Below are positions 1 through 7,554 of a DNA stretch of 64,000 nucleotides, in pieces; positions within the stretch are counted from its first letter, which is position 1, and each line of letters starts with the position of its first letter. The stretch is from a virus: IMG/VR virus record IMGVR_UViG_3300045988_147522, one strand, 5' to 3'. Made by a program: the position numbers and the translations under genes. A model generated the notes under the pieces. It was not told the DNA's origin and ran no database searches. It saw nothing but the letters and a program-made list of their open reading frames with translations.

Positions 1-316
1 GCATTTGCATTGTCGAAAGACTGCTTTACTTAAAGTAAAGTATTAGAAAGGTTAGGAGCAGAAGACTCATCCGGATGGAGGATGCTGATGGAGGCGAAGT
101 GAATGAAATGCACGGTGATGAAAACGAGGAGCGGCGAGTATCTCACAAACACAAGGGTTACAATTGAAAGGAGATGTCGAATCCACGATTGGCCGCTGAA
201 ATAGCCACATCGAAGCTATGATTACATCAACCAATCCCAATGACCAAGCTTCCAGAAGCGTCTTCTCACTGCTACAATTGTATTTAGAAATGCCAAAATC
301 TAAGGAGGAATAGAAA
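1..316 (+). repeat. Copy A of a ~315-nt composite leader element (conserved arms, variable purine-rich core)
   Basis: Positions 1-66 match 13129-13194 at 65 of 66 nt. Blocks 232-255 and 279-311 are identical to blocks in copy B. The core is divergent. The element ends in the SD of the 317 ORF. Confidence 0.9.
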
Positions 317-1600
317 ATGGATTTAATTACAAATTTATACACTCGGAGTTGTTTTGATAGCCGTCTTACATTTGGAGATGGTTGCCCCAAGATAATCGAA
401 ACATTTGTCAAATGTGTTTACGAACCTTATTACACTAAGAACAGTGATTTACCATCTATATTTTTTGGTTGTGTTTCCGGCACACAGCCACCACAGAGAG
501 CCGCAACAGACAAAGCTGTTTATATATGGTATAACAACACAGAACCCACTATAGAGGGAATTAATAAGAAATTTAACTGTAGTGTGGAATCGTATGAGAA
601 TTATGATAAATATTGCGAATTAACCCACAATAAATCAAAAGGATGGGTTGGCGGTAATCAGTATATTTTTTGGACAGATCCGTTTAATGCAAAATGTGTA
701 GAAGAAACGATAGCTGTTTTTCTTATTCCGCTGTTTGACTTTGTTTGCACAGCAAAAGAGATCAAAAACAAATTCAAACCAATTGTTGATGAAATAAGCC
801 AAGGTTCGTATGATAAATTGTTCGAGTTAGCCGACAAAATTTCAGAAGAAAAAGGATTATTGAAAGTTGTGTTAAATGCTCAAATTGCCGATTTTACGCA
901 GTATAAAAAGAAACGCACTCTTGATCGACTACACGATAGGATTAAGAATTATGAATCGGATTATCGATATTATGTAGCAAATGCGACAAAGGTTTACGAA
1001 AACTTGTTGGATTGTAAAAAACAATTATCATTATATAACGACAACGATAATGATAATGCTGCATTGATAGATATGCTTACAAACAACAGTGTGATTTCTG
1101 ATGTAAAAATTGATGGAGGCGTCCTTGAGTTTGTAGTATGTAACCCGATTACTCAGTATGATGAGGATGCTTTTGCCGAAATATTAAAATCAGAAAATTC
1201 CACTATTAATAATATGCCAAGCGTAGGTAAGGATGTTTTATGTTGGATGGTTGATGGCAGAATTGATTTACTAACCGAATGTAGAATCTGTATAAATCTT
1301 GATAATAATTCTGTTGATGCTTATGAGACAAATCTATACGGTTATATGCCTCATCCTCATTTGGCTTTATTTAATTGTTTTGGGGGTTTTAGAATAGATA
1401 TTGAAACTGCATTAGCAGAAGGCAATATCTGCTATGCAATACAGCTTATTCTTACTGCGTCACAAAATTTGAATTTTATGGATTCTACGGTGATGAGCGA
1501 ATTGGGAACTCGGCTTAATGGGGCAGACTACTCGTGTATTATGGATAAGGAGTCTGGAGAAGTTATGACAGTAGACGAATGGAACGAAAGGAGAAAATAA
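317..1600 (+). CDS. Hypothetical protein with C-terminal E2/UBC-like domain (putative catalytic Cys354)
   Basis: SD AAGGAGG lies 8 nt upstream. The segment YMPHPHLALFNCFGGF...ICYAIQLILTASQNLNFMDS resembles the UBC HPN-loop-Cys followed by the helix ...SIQSLL..PN. First gene of the operon with JAB and E1. Confidence 0.45.
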   Translation: MDLITNLYTRSCFDSRLTFGDGCPKIIETFVKCVYEPYYTKNSDLPSIFFGCVSGTQPPQRAATDKAVYIWYNNTEPTIEGINKKFNCSVESYENYDKYCELTHNKSKGWVGGNQYIFWTDPFNAKCVEETIAVFLIPLFDFVCTAKEIKNKFKPIVDEISQGSYDKLFELADKISEEKGLLKVVLNAQIADFTQYKKKRTLDRLHDRIKNYESDYRYYVANATKVYENLLDCKKQLSLYNDNDNDNAALIDMLTNNSVISDVKIDGGVLEFVVCNPITQYDEDAFAEILKSENSTINNMPSVGKDVLCWMVDGRIDLLTECRICINLDNNSVDAYETNLYGYMPHPHLALFNCFGGFRIDIETALAEGNICYAIQLILTASQNLNFMDSTVMSELGTRLNGADYSCIMDKESGEVMTVDEWNERRK

Positions 1601-1601
1601 A

Positions 1602-2417
1602 ATGCAACTTTTAAAGATACCGACAGATATAGAAACACCTACAATATCTTTCACCCCATTAGCTTTTGCCAAAATGATGATGCTTGTTGAGGTAAATGAC
1701 AAAGAGGTGGGGTGGCATGGTACAGTCGAAAGGCAGAACAACAATTTTGTTATTACTGATATCTTTGTATATCCTCAAGTAGTTACTCCAACAACCGTTG
1801 AGCCTTCTCAGGAAGAGTATAACGAATGGCAGACTGAGTTACCAGACGATATACATAACAGTCTTAGATTCCACGGGCATTCTCATGTAAATATGGGAAC
1901 ATCGGCGTCATCTGTTGATGCTAAATTTCAGGAAGACATCGTGAAAATGATTGATAATACTGATTTTTATATCTTTATGATTATAAATAAAAAAGGTGAT
2001 TTTAATATATATCTTTATGATGGTGTGCTTAATTTAGCATATAAATCTACAAATAAGGACACTCAGCCTGAGATAACATTAAACACAAATAATATTCAAT
2101 CGTTTGGAAAAATACTTTGTGTTTCGCCTGAAGTTTACGACACATTGATGTCTTTCAAGGAAGAATCAAAAGATATGGTTACAGAACCAAAACCAGTATC
2201 GTATTCGTATCATGAATATCCTTACAACTACGGTAATGCTGGTGTAAAAAGCCAGAGTTCTATTAAACTATCTATTGGAGAGATTCAAGATATATTTGGT
2301 GTTGCTTATTTGGACGCCAAAGATGTACATGATGAGTTGAGTAATCTTGTACATAAAGGAGCGATAACTAACGATAGGGATTCATTGATTGAACAGGCAA
2401 GTCTGTATATATATTAA
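1602..2417 (+). CDS. JAB/MPN (JAMM) metallopeptidase
   Basis: Exact JAMM motif H93-S-H95-x7-S103-x2-D106 (HSHVNMGTSASSVD). An upstream Glu sits in KEVGWHG. Start is 1 nt after the previous stop. Confidence 0.8.
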   Translation: MQLLKIPTDIETPTISFTPLAFAKMMMLVEVNDKEVGWHGTVERQNNNFVITDIFVYPQVVTPTTVEPSQEEYNEWQTELPDDIHNSLRFHGHSHVNMGTSASSVDAKFQEDIVKMIDNTDFYIFMIINKKGDFNIYLYDGVLNLAYKSTNKDTQPEITLNTNNIQSFGKILCVSPEVYDTLMSFKEESKDMVTEPKPVSYSYHEYPYNYGNAGVKSQSSIKLSIGEIQDIFGVAYLDAKDVHDELSNLVHKGAITNDRDSLIEQASLYIY

Positions 2418-2431
2418 GGAGGTCTTACGGA

Positions 2432-3100
2432 ATGGATTTAAGTAAATTAGGAGATATTAACCCATATCAGAAGGAGTTGTCAACCACTATACATATAGTT
2501 GGATGCGGAAGCGTAGGTAGTACGCAGGCAGAGCTTCTTGCAAGATATGGCTTTTGCAAGTTTAAATTATATGATTTTGATTTCGTTGAAAGTAAAAATC
2601 TTTGCAACCAGATGTTTTTTAATTCTGATTTAAACCACAACAAAGCAGAGTCGTTAAAAAACATCTTGCTTTCCGTTAATCCTGATATTGAAGTTCAGGT
2701 GTTTGGTAAAGGTTATATTGATCAGCGACTTAACGGAATCGTAATTCTTTGTGCTGACAATATTGATTTGTGCAGAAATATTTGCAAGCAGAATAGACTT
2801 AATCCATACATAAAAGTAATGTTGAATTACCGTACTGCAAGATATGATGCACAGCACTATGCAGTAGAGTGGAGAGATAAACCAAGTGTGGATAATTTGA
2901 TTAAAACAATGAATTTCACACACGAAGAAGCAAAAGCCGAAACTCCAGTGTCAGCATGTGGAGTAGAGATTGGTGAATCTATTGTTGTAAGAGATATTGT
3001 ACTTAAAGGTACAACAAATCTGTTTAAATGGATTACCGAAAGAAAATTAAGCTCTTTGATTATATCTTCTCCATATAAATTTGACACGGTAGTGATGTAA
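2432..3100 (+). CDS. ThiF/MoeB/E1-like adenylyltransferase (short, Rossmann domain only)
   Basis: IHIVGCGSVGS (GxGxxG) followed by LYDFDFVESKNLCNQ, the D-x-D-x-V-x-x-S-N-L-x-R/N-Q type E1 signature. SD AAGGAGG. Confidence 0.75.
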   Translation: MDLSKLGDINPYQKELSTTIHIVGCGSVGSTQAELLARYGFCKFKLYDFDFVESKNLCNQMFFNSDLNHNKAESLKNILLSVNPDIEVQVFGKGYIDQRLNGIVILCADNIDLCRNICKQNRLNPYIKVMLNYRTARYDAQHYAVEWRDKPSVDNLIKTMNFTHEEAKAETPVSACGVEIGESIVVRDIVLKGTTNLFKWITERKLSSLIISSPYKFDTVVM

Positions 3101-3113
3101 AGGAGGGACAAGT

Positions 3114-4259
3114 ATGTGCTACTATGTGTGTTTGCCAAAAACCGAATCGAAGCCTAACATTTGGAGTTGGCTTGAAGGAGATATACATTCTCCGCAGTGG
3201 TTATGGGGTACTAAATCTGCGGCAGCCACAGTGACTCGCAGAGTTGATTTTATACCTGCGAGTGCAAAAGACAAATACAATGTCAATTTTATTGTTGGCA
3301 CATTGGACGCCTTTAATAAAAAATGGAGTTATCTTGGACAAGAAATTGAAAAACATTATTCTCATTTCTATATTCCAAAAAAGAAATTAGATGAATGTGG
3401 CAGAGTTAAATGGAGAGAAATCTGTGCTCCGGATGATGAATTATCTGAAGCATTGAAGGACTTAAAAGAGATTTTCGAGACTGCGGGTGTTTCATTACAT
3501 CACACCAACGCATACGCTTATGTTCGACATAGAACAGCCTCGGATGCGGTTTCCAAGCATCAGTATAACCATAGTCGCTGGTGGATAACAACTGATTTTC
3601 AAAACTTTTTTGGTAATACCACCAAAGAGTTTCTTATGTCTATGATGGCACAAATATTTCCATTTAGTGCAGTTATTGAACGAGATTTTGGAAAAGAGTG
3701 TTTAAGCAGGGCATTAGATTTATGTTTTCTTAATGGGGGTTTGCCACAAGGAACTCCAATCAGTCCAATGCTTACTAATATTATGATGATACCGTTTGAC
3801 TACATAATGACAAAAAAGTGTCGTGAAAAAGACTATATATATACCCGATATAGCGATGATATACAAGTTTCACACCGTAGGAAGTTTAATCCAGACGAAG
3901 TTCTTAGATTTATCCACGAAACACTAACTCAAATTCACGCTCCGTTTACAATTGAGAAAGAAAAAACAAAGTTTAAAAGTGGAAATCAGTTCGTATTAGG
4001 TGTTATGTATAATCAAAATTGCGACATTACAGTCGGTCATAAGAACAAAAAAGAGTTCAAAGCTACATTATTTAATTATATGTGCGATAGGCTAAACGGT
4101 AAAGTTTGGGAGTTACCACAACTCCAACAAATGATGGGTAAATTTGCATATTATTCGATGATTGAAAAAGAGTATTTTGAAAATGTAATGAAGGAATATT
4201 CTCGTAAATTTAAACAGGATGTTATGAAATGTATCAAAGCAGACTTGCGTAGATGCTAA
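3114..4259 (+). CDS. Reverse transcriptase (stand-alone, retron/Abi/DRT-like; not DGR-type)
   Basis: RT motifs in order: YIPKKK..GRVKWREICAP, TDFQNFF, LPQGTPISPMLTN, YTRYSDD (Y246-S-D-D), VLGV. SD AAGGAGGG. Confidence 0.85.
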   Translation: MCYYVCLPKTESKPNIWSWLEGDIHSPQWLWGTKSAAATVTRRVDFIPASAKDKYNVNFIVGTLDAFNKKWSYLGQEIEKHYSHFYIPKKKLDECGRVKWREICAPDDELSEALKDLKEIFETAGVSLHHTNAYAYVRHRTASDAVSKHQYNHSRWWITTDFQNFFGNTTKEFLMSMMAQIFPFSAVIERDFGKECLSRALDLCFLNGGLPQGTPISPMLTNIMMIPFDYIMTKKCREKDYIYTRYSDDIQVSHRRKFNPDEVLRFIHETLTQIHAPFTIEKEKTKFKSGNQFVLGVMYNQNCDITVGHKNKKEFKATLFNYMCDRLNGKVWELPQLQQMMGKFAYYSMIEKEYFENVMKEYSRKFKQDVMKCIKADLRRC

Positions 4260-4340
4260 TAACATCTGGTGGGATTTTATTAAATTCTTAATGAAAATTC
4301 ATTGCAAGTTTTTCGGAAACCATTTTGCTTGCAAATATAT

Positions 4341-4415
4341 TGAGCAGTCGCCAAGCGGTTAAGGCACTGGACTTTGACTCCAGTATCGTGGGTTCAATTC
4401 TCACCTGCTCAGCCA
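4341..4415 (+). tRNA. tRNA-Gln (anticodon TTG), CCA encoded
   Basis: Hand-folded cloverleaf. Acceptor tgagcag/ctgctca with U1-A72, D arm gcc-aagcggttaa-ggc, anticodon stem ctgga/tccag with loop cTTTGac, T arm gtggg-ttcaatt-ctcac. Confidence 0.85.
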
Positions 4416-4417
4416 AA

Positions 4418-4572
4418 CGGTATTGTGTAGCTTTATAACCTTGCGGTTCAAAATAAAAATCTACTATCATGGTAGAAAGACTTTATACTGATCAGTTACT
4501 CAGTTTGGCGTTGAATGGAACGGTGGTGTCCCTTGACTGTTGTTCCGTCAGCCTTCAATCTACACAATACCG
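4418..4572 (+). ncRNA. Candidate structured RNA nested between tRNAs, closed by a 13-bp perfect helix
   Basis: cggtattgtgtag (4418-4430) is the exact reverse complement of ctacacaataccg (4560-4572). The interior has at least 4 local hairpins. No SD-led ORF. It starts 2 nt after tRNA-Gln and ends 5 nt before the next tRNA. Confidence 0.4.
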
Positions 4573-4577
4573 AATAT

Positions 4578-4653
4578 GACACAGTAGTCCAACGGCAGAG
4601 ACAGCAGACTTAAAATCTGTACAGTGAGAGTTCAAATCTCTTCTGTGTCACCA
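4578..4653 (+). tRNA. tRNA with anticodon TAA (Leu by anticodon) but class-I architecture (5-nt variable loop), CCA encoded
   Basis: Perfect 7-bp acceptor gacacag/ctgtgtc, A73, anticodon stem gcaga/tctgt with loop cTTAAaa, T arm gagag-ttcaaat-ctctt. 76 nt in total. Confidence 0.7.
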
Positions 4654-4656
4654 TAT

Positions 4657-4733
4657 GGACTGTTAGCTCAACTGGTTAGAGCGTCAAACTCATAATTTGA
4701 GGGTACAGGGTTCGACTCCCTGACAGTCCACCA
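4657..4733 (+). tRNA. tRNA with anticodon CAT (elongator Met or Ile2/lysidine type), CCA encoded
   Basis: Acceptor ggactgt/acagtcc, D arm gctc-aactggtta-gagc, anticodon stem tcaaa/tttga with loop cTCATaa, T arm caggg-ttcgact-ccctg. Confidence 0.85.
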
Positions 4734-4870
4734 TTTACAAGTGAGTGCAATCGGCACAAACTCATTTTGTAACCTCCTTGACGCATGACGGATAAGCGTC
4801 ACCATAACGGTCTGTGGTTGTTCATCAGAATGAACTGAGTCCGTCCAAATAAAAGAAAGGAAAGAATCCA

Positions 4871-5170
4871 ATGAAGAAGTTAAAAGCTGAACTACATAGA
4901 ATGCGATTCTGGATAAGTGCAATATCAATTTCTATTACGGTTCCATTGTTTATAATTGCTCGATTAGGAGCAGTGAATGAACGAAAATCAGAAATGCTTG
5001 GTGGCGAATTATTGATTTTGTTCATTCCATTCATTGCAAATATGATATACATAAACATCAAAGATACAATAGTTGAGCATCGCAGAATGACGATGATTCT
5101 CAAAAGGAAGAAAGTTCCAAAGCCCACAATTGTGGTTAAAAATATTAAGAGCGTAAAGGAGAATACATAA
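4871..5170 (+). CDS. Small membrane protein (2 predicted TM segments)
   Basis: SD-like aaggaaag upstream. Two hydrophobic stretches. The stop overlaps the next start (TAATG). Confidence 0.55.
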   Translation: MKKLKAELHRMRFWISAISISITVPLFIIARLGAVNERKSEMLGGELLILFIPFIANMIYINIKDTIVEHRRMTMILKRKKVPKPTIVVKNIKSVKENT

Positions 5171-5862
5171 TGTCCAAAGTAGTTAAAAGTTACAAAGGTT
5201 TTAATAAAGATATGACTTGCAGAGGCTTTCAGTATAAAGAAGGAAAAGAATATGAAACAAGTAAAGCTGTTGTTTGCAATGAAGGTTTTCATGCATGTGG
5301 ACACCCTTTAGATTGTTTAAATTATTATCCGCCAAGTACAAGTGTATATCATGAAGTTGAACAGACAGGCGAATTTTCATCCGATTCTGGTAGTAGAGAT
5401 TCAAAAATTGCATCAACTAAGATTAAAATTGGTGCAAAATTAAGCATAGTTGGACTCGTTTAGGCTGCAATAGATTTCACCAAATCCAAAATCGTCACAA
5501 TACAGGATATTACAGGCTATAAGGGTGCGTCCTCAGCTACAGGCTATAAGGGTGTGTCCTCAGCTACGGGAGATTACGGTGCGTCCTCAGTTACGGGAGA
5601 TTGTAGTGTATCCTCAGTTACAAGCTATAATGGTGTATCCTCAGCTGATAATTCTACATCTGTTGCAGTAGCGTGGGGTTATGAAAGCAAGGCAAAAGGT
5701 TGTATTGGTGCGCATATTGTTTGTGCTGAATGGAAATATGATAATCTTAATAACGATTGGGGTTTTGTTGGGGCAAAGATGTCAATAGTTGACGGCGTAA
5801 AGATTAAAGCAGATACATATTACACTTTACGAGACGGCGAATTTGTGGAGGTAAAAGAATGA
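5170..5862 (+). pseudogene. Repeat-containing protein (Cys/His-rich N-domain KGF..DMTCRGFQY..GFHAC, 9-aa TG(Y/D)xGxSS(A/V) repeats) interrupted by one in-frame TAG at 5461-5463
   Basis: ORFs 5170-5463 and 5554-5862 share a frame. There is no other stop between 5464 and 5553, and the repeat array starts in that interval. The second part has no SD. Confidence 0.65.
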
Positions 5863-6128
5863 AGAAAAGAATACTTGCTTGTGTTGTGATTATTGCAACA
5901 ATCTCAATGTTAATGATTGGTTGCACATCTGTAAACAGTACAAACGAAACATCAGACAGAATAGATAATATGTTCGTGCGTGTAGGATGGAATGGTTGTT
6001 TAGATGCAGGGATAGTGTATGATACTGAAACTAAAGTAATGTACGCAAAATCAGAAGCAGCATATAATAAAGGAACAATGACTTTACTCGTTGATGAAGA
6101 TGGTAAACCAAAACTTTGGAAAGAATAA
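5859..6128 (+). CDS. Lipoprotein (paralog of 47070-47315)
   Basis: Signal peptide plus lipobox MLMIGC. C-terminus VYDTETKVMYA...LLVDEDGKPKLWKE is shared with the 47070 ORF. Confidence 0.7.
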   Translation: MKKRILACVVIIATISMLMIGCTSVNSTNETSDRIDNMFVRVGWNGCLDAGIVYDTETKVMYAKSEAAYNKGTMTLLVDEDGKPKLWKE

Positions 6129-6142
6129 TACAGAGGATGTGA

Positions 6143-6433
6143 TTGATAATATTCGTAGAGAAAAACCAACTTTTTAAGGTTGGCGATAAGGTTAAAATAC
6201 TTCCAACAATACTAACAGACTATCCTGATTTTCCGTATGTAGGAGTAGTAGGCAGAGTGTGTGTCGTGAAGGATAGTGATGTAAATATAGGTGTTGAGTT
6301 TTCGACTCCTTGCGATTACTTACACAGCTGTGACGGAGCAGCTAAGTCCCATTCTAGCTGGTGGTGTCTTAGGAGGCATTTGGAATTTATACCTGATGAT
6401 AATTTGCCAGATATTTGGGAATATATTAAATAA
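6143..6433 (+). CDS. Hypothetical protein
   Basis: TTG start after agagga. Codirectional packing. Confidence 0.45.
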   Translation: MIIFVEKNQLFKVGDKVKILPTILTDYPDFPYVGVVGRVCVVKDSDVNIGVEFSTPCDYLHSCDGAAKSHSSWWCLRRHLEFIPDDNLPDIWEYIK

Positions 6434-6516
6434 AAGTGAGGTTTTATTGGAATTTAACTGATAAGAACCAAGAATAAATTCAACATTTAAATAAGATAGT
6501 ATAGAGGTGTAAAAAA

Positions 6517-6945
6517 ATGATTGATTGCTCAAAAACAGAGAATTATTTCGCTGAAAAGCTGAGAATGACGAAAATGCGTAAACTATATGCTGGTATGTAT
6601 AAGTGCGAACTTGGTTGTCCTGACTGTCCTTTAAGTAGTTTTAATAATGATGCAACCGATAGGATGACATGCCAAGAGTTTGAAATGTATTACCCTGAAA
6701 AGGCAATCGAAATAGTTCAAAAGTGGAGTGATGAGCATCCGCAGAAAACATATCTTACGGAGCTTTTGAAAATCTTTCCAAACACTCCGCTTAAGGATGA
6801 CGGAACTCCTAAAGGTATATGTCTATATGAATTAGGGGCGACGAGTTTAGATAATTGCGAAGTGGACAATGCGTGTGCTAAATGTTGGAATCAGCCTTTG
6901 CCAGAAAGAGAAGAAGAGGAAGAAAATGACAGTAATGACACCTGA
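6517..6945 (+). CDS. Cys-rich hypothetical protein (paralog of 35599-35988)
   Basis: Shares MIDC(S/T)KTENYFAEK.RMTK, WSDEHPQKTYLT.LL and C..CWNQ with the 35599 ORF. SD agaggtg. Confidence 0.65.
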   Translation: MIDCSKTENYFAEKLRMTKMRKLYAGMYKCELGCPDCPLSSFNNDATDRMTCQEFEMYYPEKAIEIVQKWSDEHPQKTYLTELLKIFPNTPLKDDGTPKGICLYELGATSLDNCEVDNACAKCWNQPLPEREEEEENDSNDT

Positions 6946-7108
6946 CGAATACAGAAAAAAGCACCCTCGTTGTGCTACCTGTAAATATTTTGTTCCTAAG
7001 TATAAAAATGGTTATAGTGGTATTTGTGATGTTAAAGAGCAATCAACGAAAAGAACTAAAGGCAGATTTTGTAAAATATATAAGTTTATCAGTTTTAATG
7101 AAAGTTAA
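6926..7108 (+). CDS. Small Cys-rich protein
   Basis: Internal ATG preceded by gaagaggaag. Overlaps the end of the upstream gene. Confidence 0.5.
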   Translation: MTVMTPDEYRKKHPRCATCKYFVPKYKNGYSGICDVKEQSTKRTKGRFCKIYKFISFNES

Positions 7109-7121
7109 GGAGGGTTAAATA

Positions 7122-7220
7122 ATGATTACATATGATACACAAGTAATGAAAATTATGCTTGATGAAGGTGCAAACCGTGTGTCGGGTGAAAAGCTCAAAT
7201 TTATTAAAAAAGAGGGTTAA
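7122..7220 (+). CDS. Small ORF (32 aa)
   Basis: Strong SD AAGGAGGG 7 nt upstream. Below the cutoff of the supplied ORF track. Confidence 0.4.
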   Translation: MITYDTQVMKIMLDEGANRVSGEKLKFIKKEG

Positions 7221-7224
7221 AATT

Positions 7225-7554
7225 ATGTTAGATGTTACCACAGCTAATGAAATTGTTAATGCTTTACAATGTAAAGGACACAATATTGAATGGGTGAAAG
7301 ACCATTATCTCAAAAATTTTATAACAATAGATTCATGTGTTAATGTTTCCATATGTAATGTTGATTATTGGGTTATGCCAATAATCGCATTTAAAAACAC
7401 AAATGCAACTGTATTAGGTTTTGTTTATGAGCGTACTGTTTATGAAGTTGGCAAATATAGTCGTAAAACCTCAAGACTGTTCACGAACTTTTATAATGCC
7501 TATTTTTTCAATAATAATTATGATAGAGTTTATATAAAAAGACGGTGTCAATAA
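7225..7554 (+). CDS. Hypothetical protein
   Basis: ATG preceded by aaagaggg. The track ORF 7159 start lacks an SD. Confidence 0.55.
   Translation: MLDVTTANEIVNALQCKGHNIEWVKDHYLKNFITIDSCVNVSICNVDYWVMPIIAFKNTNATVLGFVYERTVYEVGKYSRKTSRLFTNFYNAYFFNNNYDRVYIKRRCQ

Noticed and set aside
76-165. Small plus-strand ORFs inside the leader cores (29 codons in A, 39 codons in B)
   Set aside because: They have no SD, and the two peptides are unrelated.
67-411. 114-aa minus-strand ORF across leader copy A
   Set aside because: It has no SD and runs antisense across the start of the 317 gene. It exists because the core is purine-rich. Copy B has no equivalent ORF.
1-4572. Classical retron (msr-msd next to the RT)
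   Set aside because: No long msd-type hairpin and no clear a1/a2-plus-branching-G arrangement lies directly upstream of the RT. The leader is duplicated at a locus without an RT. I keep this only as a loose analogy in the findings.
4288-5304. Minus-strand ORFs 4288-4470, 4668-4928 and 4825-5304
   Set aside because: They overlap tRNA genes or lie antisense to a better plus-strand gene. None has an SD.
5461-5463. Genome-wide TAG reassignment
   Set aside because: TAG terminates genes at 8575 and 8844, each followed at once by an SD and an ATG. No CUA-anticodon tRNA is present in the window.
5490-5650. Tandem 27-nt repeats as a possible CRISPR or satellite array
   Set aside because: The units are contiguous with no spacers. 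They are in frame and encode the 9-aa repeats of the split protein. No CRISPR-like array was seen anywhere in the window.
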